Positions 39,743 through 47,786 of a stretch of 64,000 bases of DNA are shown piece after piece. The DNA is taken from positions 1 to 64,000 of IMG/VR virus record IMGVR_UViG_3300032046_000006. One strand, given 5' to 3'. Source of the DNA: a virus. The notes under the pieces are model-generated. The model saw only the letters and a list, made by a program, of their open reading frames with translations, did not search any database and was not told the origin of the DNA. Numbering within the stretch: the first letter of the stretch is position 1; every line of letters starts with the position of its first letter. The position numbers and the translations under genes were made by a program.

Positions 39743-39771
39743 AATTATTGAAACAAAAGGAGAAATAAACT

Positions 39772-41034
39772 ATGTTCCATAGTCGATTTGTAAAATGTAG
39801 AACCTTTCCATGGAAAGGAAGAGTCCCAGAACAGCAAGACCGCCTACAAAATATCAGCGGAGATTTAACGCTTAACAGGGAAAAGATAAATGAAATAGGC
39901 AGAGAAACAGGTGCAGTTGGTTATAGAAAAAAACCAGGAACCCTATCATATAAGGCAACTCAGTTAGAATATGGTTCAATGGATTTTTTTAGAGCTTTGG
40001 CTAATAAAGTTGACCCCGAATCAGGAGAATCTGCTCCAGAAACTACAGTAACCCTAGACGATATTTCTGATACTAGAGTAGAGATGGCGGCTTTTTTAAC
40101 TGATGAAAATGATAATTTTATTGGTACAATTTATTTACCTAATTTAAGAGTAAATGGGTTTACTATTAATATAGCCGACCCAGAAGCATCGATTCAAAGA
40201 ACATTTGATTTGGTGAGTGAAAAATATATGATTTTGGATGTAGATACCGAAATTGGCGGGTATTTGGCTTATGTTACCGATATTGCGGAAGCTGGAACTA
40301 TAGAAACTCCGGTAGATTTTGATGTTGTTTGTAGTCCAGACCCAGTAGAATATGCTGATGGGGATTATATTTTTCGAGTAGTAAGAATTCGTAGTGATGA
40401 AGAGACCTCTTTGATAGAAGACCCAACTGAAGTAGATGCAGATACTTGGTCTTATGATGCTCCATCAAAAACAGTAACAATAAAGGACTGTTTAATTGCT
40501 GATGAAGTAAGAATCTGGTATGAAAATTCTGACGCACCTTACGATACTTTATGGGCAAATAATGGTGATGACCCAGATGTTTTATTGGCAGAGTATTGTG
40601 AAATTTATATAAAGGTAAGTGATTCTAGCCGAGTTTATAGACTGCAAACATTAGGAATAGATGTAAAATTAACAAGAGCCGATTTCAAGGAAATAGGCAA
40701 CAGTGAAGTTGTGTTAACTGGTGCTAAAGAAAAAGTAGTAACCATTTCTTTGGATAGGTTTGCACAAGATTTTTCTCTTGAAAAAATTCTTGCGGATGTT
40801 ACTGGTTATCCTTGTGTTGACCCGACAGAATTTGCGGATACTATACAAATAATGGTTAAAATATATAAAGAAAAAGAACATGAGAATTTTGCTATAGGTT
40901 ATTTGATGAAAAATCTTTCGCCTACGACATTAGGCTTTTCACATGCGGTGGAAGACTATCAGAAAACTACGAACGCTCTAGTGGGAGATTTTTTGGTTGT
41001 TTCAGATAATGAAGACGACATAGTGTTTGACTAA
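39772..41034 (+). CDS. Major tail tube protein with an inserted domain
   Basis: Acidic, beta-rich 420 aa protein between terminator and chaperone/tape measure genes; EIG repeats in both halves. Confidence 0.7.
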   Translation: MFHSRFVKCRTFPWKGRVPEQQDRLQNISGDLTLNREKINEIGRETGAVGYRKKPGTLSYKATQLEYGSMDFFRALANKVDPESGESAPETTVTLDDISDTRVEMAAFLTDENDNFIGTIYLPNLRVNGFTINIADPEASIQRTFDLVSEKYMILDVDTEIGGYLAYVTDIAEAGTIETPVDFDVVCSPDPVEYADGDYIFRVVRIRSDEETSLIEDPTEVDADTWSYDAPSKTVTIKDCLIADEVRIWYENSDAPYDTLWANNGDDPDVLLAEYCEIYIKVSDSSRVYRLQTLGIDVKLTRADFKEIGNSEVVLTGAKEKVVTISLDRFAQDFSLEKILADVTGYPCVDPTEFADTIQIMVKIYKEKEHENFAIGYLMKNLSPTTLGFSHAVEDYQKTTNALVGDFLVVSDNEDDIVFD

Positions 41035-41055
41035 AAATATATAAAAGTAATAAAA

Positions 41056-41100
41056 GAGGGAATATCGAGAATTAAATCCGAATTCCCTCCCAAAAAAAAA
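41056..41100 (+). promoter_or_regulatory. GAGGG...CCCTC-CCAAA hairpin, copy 6
   Basis: GAGGGAAT/ATTCCCTC followed by CCAAAAAAAAA. Confidence 0.7.
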
Positions 41101-41150
41101 TAATGTACGGTAAGGCATAACTTAAATTTCTCGAATCATTATACACGTAG

Positions 41151-41199
41151 AGGGATAAGCCTTTCACCGTACATGGAGAAAGTAACTTATCCCTTTTTT
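41151..41199 (+). terminator. Intrinsic terminator with an upstream competing (antiterminator-like) strand
   Basis: AGGGATAAG/CTTATCCCT followed by a T run; 41103-41116 is complementary to 41159-41174. Confidence 0.6.
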
Positions 41200-41221
41200 G
41201 CTAATATTAAGGAGTAAATAA

Positions 41222-41353
41222 ATGATTACTTGTCCTTGTGGAAGAGATGTAGAAGATAATACAGATTATTTTTCTAAAGAACTTTATGATTTAGAAGGCA
41301 ATGCAACGGGATTTATTTGTATTCATGGCGAATTTATTTCCTATGGAGAATAA
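41222..41353 (+). CDS. Small protein, 43 aa, with CPC...CxH
   Basis: Translated by hand; AAGGAG RBS. Confidence 0.55.
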   Translation: MITCPCGRDVEDNTDYFSKELYDLEGNATGFICIHGEFISYGE

Positions 41354-41354
41354 A

Positions 41355-41600
41355 ATGAGTAATATTATTTCTTTAGACTTAGATTTGCTAAAAACATTGT
41401 TAGACCAAGAAGCCCGCAAAACAGTAGGCAAGGTAATGAAGAGGTTTGAAATTTCTGACGATAAAGAAATTATAAAGAAAGCTACTAAAGAGATACTATA
41501 TGAATCTTATAGAGATTTTTATGAGATGTTAAAAATTGGAAAAATTATTTTTGAATCTGGAACAAAAGTGAATTTTAATAACCCAAGTAAGGAGGACTAA
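41355..41600 (+). CDS. Hypothetical protein
   Basis: Start moved to the ATG at 41355 (GGAG RBS). Confidence 0.6.
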   Translation: MSNIISLDLDLLKTLLDQEARKTVGKVMKRFEISDDKEIIKKATKEILYESYRDFYEMLKIGKIIFESGTKVNFNNPSKED

Positions 41601-42278
41601 ATGGAAAAAGAAATTAAAAGTGAGGAAACTAATAGACTTAAAGAAGCGGAACAAATGGTAAAAAAGTTCAATGAAGATACCGAGCTTTCTCAAGCGGAAG
41701 ATTTAATCAAAGATAACAAGTACTACTTTACTTATAATGCGATAAAATACAGAATCAAATTACTCGATTCATCAGACAAAGAAGAACTGGACTCCCTAAG
41801 AAGGAAAAAATTCAATAGTATGCTACAAGAAAAAGATGAAAATGGCAATTATGTTTATTTAACTGGAAAGAAGATAATTGAAATCGCCGAAGCAAGAGGC
41901 GACCTCAATGTTAAAGAAATAGATGAGAAAATTAAAGTTTTAGAAGCCCAAGAATTAGATTTGCAATTAAAATTGGGCGAAAGTCTTTCTAAAAAAGAAC
42001 CAGAAACCATCCTAAAAACCTATAAAGAACAAATAGATGAATTGAGACTCCAAAAATATATTTTATCAACTCAGAAAAGTTTACTTTTGGAATTTTCTCT
42101 TGAGAATCAGTTACTTGGTTATGTCGCAAAAATAATGACTTGGCTTTCATTGGAAAGATTAGAAGGAGAAATATGGCAGAGAGCATTTAAGATATTAGAA
42201 GATTTTGACAAATGCAAAGATGATACTTTAATAGAGAAAGCAGCAAAAATTGCTATTAAATTACAGTATGGGATATAA
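41601..42278 (+). CDS. Putative tail assembly chaperone
   Basis: Charged helical protein between the tail tube and tape measure genes. Confidence 0.5.
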   Translation: MEKEIKSEETNRLKEAEQMVKKFNEDTELSQAEDLIKDNKYYFTYNAIKYRIKLLDSSDKEELDSLRRKKFNSMLQEKDENGNYVYLTGKKIIEIAEARGDLNVKEIDEKIKVLEAQELDLQLKLGESLSKKEPETILKTYKEQIDELRLQKYILSTQKSLLLEFSLENQLLGYVAKIMTWLSLERLEGEIWQRAFKILEDFDKCKDDTLIEKAAKIAIKLQYGI

Positions 42279-42280
42279 AA

Positions 42281-42661
42281 ATGCCCGATATTTATGATTC
42301 ATTAATTAAATTGGCGAAGAGTAATAAATATCAGAATCTCTTCACAGTTTCAAAAGAATTATCTGGAATAAAATTGTTTCATAATTCTACTGAACTATCT
42401 AATATTCAAGATATATTTTTAAATTATCTCTATATTTTTGATAGTATTAATCGGGATATAATAGTTGATAAAATAAGTGAACATGTTTTGGATGATGATA
42501 CGAATATATATTGGGAAAGCTATTTGTATTGGAAGAAAAAAAATAGGAACAAAGAACCTGAGCAAAAAGATAATAATAGAGTGAGTGAACTTAATTTGGT
42601 AGCGGGTAAAAAGGTAAATTTTCCAAATAAAAAAAATAAAAATAAGAAGGTTAAAAAATAA
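42281..42661 (+). CDS. Putative tail assembly chaperone (second part)
   Basis: Immediately precedes the tape measure gene. Confidence 0.45.
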   Translation: MPDIYDSLIKLAKSNKYQNLFTVSKELSGIKLFHNSTELSNIQDIFLNYLYIFDSINRDIIVDKISEHVLDDDTNIYWESYLYWKKKNRNKEPEQKDNNRVSELNLVAGKKVNFPNKKNKNKKVKK

Positions 42662-45600
42662 TGGATACTAAAACTTTTATAGGAATAATAAATCTTGAAC
42701 TTAATAAACAGGGAGTAGACGAAGGAATAAAAAAGACTGGTGCCACTATGGAAGAAGTGGCAGGAAAACCAATTACTTTTCCTTGGGTTGCCAAGGCATA
42801 TGAATCTCTAAAAAAGACCAGCGATGCAACTAAAGATTTTTCCTCTCAATTAGAAGGATTTAATGTAGTTAGTGCAAAATCTAATGAAATTTTTAAAGAG
42901 GGAGAATCGGTAGGTAGAAAAACGGCAGTAACTTTTAGAAACTTTGCTGGAGATATGGAAGTTGTTACAAGAGAATTTGATAAAGATGGAAAACTTGTTT
43001 CTCAAAGTATGCAATCTATGGGACAAGGTGCGGCACTTGGTGCAGTAGGTGTTAAAGATTTTTCTGGGGAATTGGAGGGATTTAGTAAAATTTCTACTAA
43101 AATAAATACTATTTTCGAACAAGGCAATGAAGTGGGAATGAAATCGGTAGAAACTTATAAAAATCAAGAAGGTGCCCTTAAAGCAGTTACTATGGGTTTT
43201 GATAAGCAGGGCAACATAGTTTCTCAATCATTGCAAGAAACCCAAAAACAGGCAGAAGCAGCAACTTATGCGGTCAAAGATTTTTCTACTCAACTTCAAG
43301 GATTTACTCTTATTGGAAGTAAAACTACGAGTATATTTAAAGCAAATAATGAAGAAACTAAACAAAGTATAGATATTTATAGAAATCAGTCAGGTGCAAT
43401 AAGACAAGTTACGACAGATGCAGATAAAAATGGAAAAGTAACTGGACAATCTCTAAGAGATATAACCAAGGGTGCAACACAAAGTGCAACTATGATGGAA
43501 CAACTCGGAATGGCTATGAAAAGAGCTTTAATTGTTGCTCCTGTATGGATGATTATGCGTGGTGCCATACAAGCACTTATGGTTCCTGTTAAAGAATTAA
43601 TTAAGGCATTTTTTGAATTAGAAACAGGTTTAGCAAAGGTAATGACAGTATCTCGAATTTCTGCTTCAGAACAAAATAAATTTTATGGAGAATTAACAGA
43701 GGTAGCATGGAAGTATTATAAAACCTCATCTGCTAGTATGAAAGAAATTACAGAAGCAATGTATCAAATAGGAACAGCAGGAAGAAGTACTGCGGAAATT
43801 TTACAGGGGTTTACTCATGTTTTAAATTTAAGTATCGCTACATTTGGTAATGTAACAGATGCGGGTAGAGTTCTTACAGGAATTTTAAATGTTTATGGGG
43901 GTTCGTTGGGCAACTTAATTACTGCCGAAGAAAAGATGAGATATATTTCTGATTTATTAGTTGATACATGGTCAAGACATCAAGTAGAATTAAATGAAAT
44001 ATCAACTGCAATAGGATATGTTGGCTCTGTATCGGAAGCTCTAGATATAGATTTAAAAACTTTAGTGGGAACTATAGGTTTTTTAAATGATGGTCTGCTC
44101 AGAGGTTCAAAAGCTGGAACTTCGTTATTAAATACGTTCGTTCAATTAGCAAAAAGTCCAGAAAAATTAAGAGATTTAGGAGTTGTTTTTGACCCAAGAA
44201 AACCCTTAGATTTAGTAGATGTAATGCAACAATTACATAATAGATTTATAGAAACTGGGAAATCGGTGGAATCAACGGGTGATATGTATGCCATATTTGG
44301 AAACAGGGGGGCTAAAGCAGTTGAAAGAATTATTCAAAATTGGGATAAATGGATAGAGTCTATTCAAAGAGGGGACGAAGAATTTCAAAAATTTGCAGAA
44401 AGAACAAAAAAGACCGCAGAAGAAACCCTGCCAAAAGCATTTGCCAAATTTTTAAAATTGGGGATGATGCCGAGTTTTCCTTCAAAAGGGAAAAATCCTC
44501 TTACTGAATGGCTCAATGAGCAATCCGATGCAATGATTAAAGCTAGTGAAAATTTAGAATTATATTATAAATTAGTTGCTAAAGGAATAAAATTACCAGA
44601 ATTACCTACGAAATGGGTAGGGGGAGATATTTTCGGAAGATTAGTTGGATTTGTTCCCGAAGATTTGGCAAAAAAATTAGAACCGATTAAAGAATTTTTA
44701 GATTTAATAGGAGTCGCAGAAATAGAAAAAGAATTAGGCAGACCAATAGGGGAAGTCGCAAGCAATTTAATGTCAGCAGGGCAAAGTGCAAAAGTATTAT
44801 TAGACCAAGCTGTAGCTAATAATGAAACGTGGGAACAAATGGCAGATAATGAAGGTAAAATAGTTGCTGATTTATTAAATATGACAGACGAAGAATTAAA
44901 ACAAAACAGTTATTTGAAAGAAATTTATGAATATAGATTAAAAAATAAAGTTGAGGTAGAAAAAGAAGGAGTAGGTCAGAGAGGACTGAGTTCTGAATTA
45001 AAGAGAAAATTAGAGTTGCAGGAACAGGAAGTTACTTATTCTCTAGCAAAAATGGCTGGAATGAAAGATGAAGAAATTACTTATGCAAAAATAGCAAATA
45101 AAGTTAATTATTTAAATAAATTAGCGTCGGAAGCAAATAAATCAAGAAAAGCAGAAGGAAAAGAGATTTATCAAATGGTAAATCTTTCAGATGTATTAAG
45201 TGGAAATTGGAAAAAAATTCAAGAATCTGGGTCGACTCTTTTGGATGAAGACAAAGACATAGTTGAATTGGATAAAATGCGGAATGATTTGCAAATTCAA
45301 ATTTCTCAACATGTACAGCAACAAGTATCTCTGGTTTCATCAGTATATCGATTTATGGGTTTGCAAGAATCTAGTATTATAAAACAAGAAATGATTTTTA
45401 AAGCAATAATGAATGGAGAAAAATATATAGTCAATAGTGAAGAAGATAGATTAAGATTAGCACAAGCATTAAGTGCAGAAATGACCGAACAGGAAAGGAA
45501 ATCCTCAAGTTTGGTTGAATTATATAAAATAGCAAAACAATATGGCATGGGAGTGGCTCAGGAAGTTTCTAATTTCTTGGGAGGAATATTAAAATTTAGT

Positions 45601-45912
45601 GAATTAAGTGCTGGAGCTATAAGTGCTTTGAGAAGAAATATTCCTGGGGAATATGAACAAGGTATTGCTGGTCAATATTTAGGAACCAAAATAAAATTCC
45701 CCGAAGAAATAGAAAAAGCAAGAATAGCAACCAGAAATATATCACTTCTAAATCAAATAATGGTAGAACCAATGACAGTAAACGTAAATCTGGATAGTCA
45801 GGGCATTACGGCAGAAATTTTAAAGAAAATAGCCCCTTTATTAGAATTAGAATTTGAAAAGAAAGGTTCTTCTTTGAATAATGTGTTACATAAAGAAATT
45901 AATATACATTAA
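42661..45912 (+). CDS. Tail tape measure protein (TP901-type core) with three N-terminal 74-aa repeats
   Basis: ELETGLAKV...EITEAMYQIGTAG...GSKAGTSL...LRDLGV...AIFG core; 1083 aa. Confidence 0.9.
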   Translation: MDTKTFIGIINLELNKQGVDEGIKKTGATMEEVAGKPITFPWVAKAYESLKKTSDATKDFSSQLEGFNVVSAKSNEIFKEGESVGRKTAVTFRNFAGDMEVVTREFDKDGKLVSQSMQSMGQGAALGAVGVKDFSGELEGFSKISTKINTIFEQGNEVGMKSVETYKNQEGALKAVTMGFDKQGNIVSQSLQETQKQAEAATYAVKDFSTQLQGFTLIGSKTTSIFKANNEETKQSIDIYRNQSGAIRQVTTDADKNGKVTGQSLRDITKGATQSATMMEQLGMAMKRALIVAPVWMIMRGAIQALMVPVKELIKAFFELETGLAKVMTVSRISASEQNKFYGELTEVAWKYYKTSSASMKEITEAMYQIGTAGRSTAEILQGFTHVLNLSIATFGNVTDAGRVLTGILNVYGGSLGNLITAEEKMRYISDLLVDTWSRHQVELNEISTAIGYVGSVSEALDIDLKTLVGTIGFLNDGLLRGSKAGTSLLNTFVQLAKSPEKLRDLGVVFDPRKPLDLVDVMQQLHNRFIETGKSVESTGDMYAIFGNRGAKAVERIIQNWDKWIESIQRGDEEFQKFAERTKKTAEETLPKAFAKFLKLGMMPSFPSKGKNPLTEWLNEQSDAMIKASENLELYYKLVAKGIKLPELPTKWVGGDIFGRLVGFVPEDLAKKLEPIKEFLDLIGVAEIEKELGRPIGEVASNLMSAGQSAKVLLDQAVANNETWEQMADNEGKIVADLLNMTDEELKQNSYLKEIYEYRLKNKVEVEKEGVGQRGLSSELKRKLELQEQEVTYSLAKMAGMKDEEITYAKIANKVNYLNKLASEANKSRKAEGKEIYQMVNLSDVLSGNWKKIQESGSTLLDEDKDIVELDKMRNDLQIQISQHVQQQVSLVSSVYRFMGLQESSIIKQEMIFKAIMNGEKYIVNSEEDRLRLAQALSAEMTEQERKSSSLVELYKIAKQYGMGVAQEVSNFLGGILKFSELSAGAISALRRNIPGEYEQGIAGQYLGTKIKFPEEIEKARIATRNISLLNQIMVEPMTVNVNLDSQGITAEILKKIAPLLELEFEKKGSSLNNVLHKEINIH

Positions 45913-45944
45913 AATGATAAATTAAATACAGGAGGTCGAGCAAT

Positions 45945-46334
45945 ATGAGTGTTTATTTTAAATTATTTGAAAGCGATGGGACTACTCCAGTTTATATATT
46001 CCCTGTAGTATTTTCGGCAAATTATCCGCATACTGGAAAAAAGATAATTGAGTATACTAATCCAAGGGGAAAAGGAAGCATAACCTTGGATGGTGGCTCA
46101 GAATCCTGGGATTTATCCATTAAAGGAGTTCTTAAAGCAAATGATTATAATGCACTGATGACTCTGGTAGATGCTATGGAAGAAGATGTTGAATTAAATG
46201 TTCCCTATGTATTAACAATTACTGGGGGGTATTCTTATAATGTTAAAAGACTGATTCCAATTACTTATGAAGAAAATTCATTAAGAACAAACTATATAGA
46301 ATATACCTGTGTTCTTAGGTGTTTATCGTGGTAA
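45945..46334 (+). CDS. Distal tail-like protein
   Basis: Position after the tape measure gene; beta-rich. Confidence 0.5.
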   Translation: MSVYFKLFESDGTTPVYIFPVVFSANYPHTGKKIIEYTNPRGKGSITLDGGSESWDLSIKGVLKANDYNALMTLVDAMEEDVELNVPYVLTITGGYSYNVKRLIPITYEENSLRTNYIEYTCVLRCLSW

Positions 46335-46376
46335 TAATTTCTAAAAGAAAAGGAAATAAATGAGGAGGAATAAAAG

Positions 46377-47015
46377 ATGGGATTATCGATTTATGTAAAT
46401 CATACATCAGACGATGTACCGAGATTACCTAGCAATGAGAGCAAATATACTTTGATGGGAACTAATGATTTTTTACTTTTTTCTAATGGGTATACTGATT
46501 TTGTTTATGATGGTGCAGATATACCATCAGACCCAAATCAATTAACTTCTGCTGGGTCTTTAATTACAGCAGGTTTAGTTGATGTAACTCATTTTTACTT
46601 GGCAGATTATGATGCGGGAAAATTAAAAGAAATCTATAATGCTGGAAAACATAATAAAATGCACGCATTTTGTTTCTCTTTTAGTGCTGCAACTGCTTCG
46701 GAACCAAAATTAGAATTATGGGATGATAGTGACATGGATTCTTTTGACAGTTATGCGTTGGGTGCGGGAGTTGCAACTAATTCTATGATTAGGGGATTTG
46801 TAACTACCGATGCTACTCCCCCAGGTTCGGATGATTGGAATGGTATTATCTTGGCAGGAAGCGATTCAAGTCATGTGTTATGGTTGAATAAAGGTGCAGG
46901 AGAAAGTCCTTTAACTGCGGCAAAAGACCTCTATGCCAATTTGAGGGTAACGATACTTGGCTCGTACCCATATTCGTTTTCTCTAACACCGTGCATAGCA
47001 ATTAAATATACTTAA
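46377..47015 (+). CDS. Putative tail tip protein
   Basis: Position and composition. Confidence 0.5.
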   Translation: MGLSIYVNHTSDDVPRLPSNESKYTLMGTNDFLLFSNGYTDFVYDGADIPSDPNQLTSAGSLITAGLVDVTHFYLADYDAGKLKEIYNAGKHNKMHAFCFSFSAATASEPKLELWDDSDMDSFDSYALGAGVATNSMIRGFVTTDATPPGSDDWNGIILAGSDSSHVLWLNKGAGESPLTAAKDLYANLRVTILGSYPYSFSLTPCIAIKYT

Positions 47016-47030
47016 TAAGAGGATAAAATC

Positions 47031-47606
47031 GTGAAATTAAATTATGAATTTTTAGATAATGAGAAGATTACCGCCCAATTTGTATTAGGCGATGTTGTGT
47101 GGATTGCTTTTGCTAGTGTCGATGGAATTAGCAAAGTATATGGATGTAGTATTTATGATTTGGATATAATATATTGGGAATTAGATGTTGTGGGAGAAAT
47201 CTCCTCAATTATCTCTATTGATACTTATCTATATTTGGCTTTGGATGATGATACCAATATTTGTGCCGAATTTAATAGTAGTAATCCTTCCGATATTTGG
47301 TATCTGGCAAAAGATGAAGAAGTAACAGAAGAAGCAATAGATTTGGTTTGGGATAGTCTATCTTATCAAGTTTATTTTTTATCTCCAGGATTAGCAACTG
47401 GAGAAAATGCAAAAATAACAGTATATGATTATAGTGATAATTATGTAGAAACTATAGATTTGCCTACAGTTTCTAATGCCTCTAAAATTTCTGCGGATGA
47501 AGATGGGAATTTATGGGTTCTATCTGATTTAGATTCAACGCCAATAATTACCAAGATATGGCAGGAGACGGGTGGCTGGGATTACTTTAGTTATCTTTTA
47601 GTATAA
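47031..47606 (+). CDS. Acidic partial beta-propeller tail protein
   Basis: DEDGNLWV blade-like motifs. Confidence 0.5.
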   Translation: MKLNYEFLDNEKITAQFVLGDVVWIAFASVDGISKVYGCSIYDLDIIYWELDVVGEISSIISIDTYLYLALDDDTNICAEFNSSNPSDIWYLAKDEEVTEEAIDLVWDSLSYQVYFLSPGLATGENAKITVYDYSDNYVETIDLPTVSNASKISADEDGNLWVLSDLDSTPIITKIWQETGGWDYFSYLLV

Positions 47607-47786
47607 AGAGGAATAAAAATGAGAAGAGGATAATCATGATAGAAAAAAGAGATTTCGTAGAGAGGACTATTTATCTTATTAGGAAATTATTAGAAGACCA
47701 TTTGCCCCAAGAAGATACATTAGCAGAGATGATTGATAAGAGGAATAAATTGTTGCAAAAATTTATTCAATAAAGGAATAAAATAA

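Noticed and set aside
42240-42290. Programmed frameshift between the tail chaperone genes
   Set aside because: No clear XXXYYYZ slippery heptamer just before the stop, and the second ORF has its own ATG.
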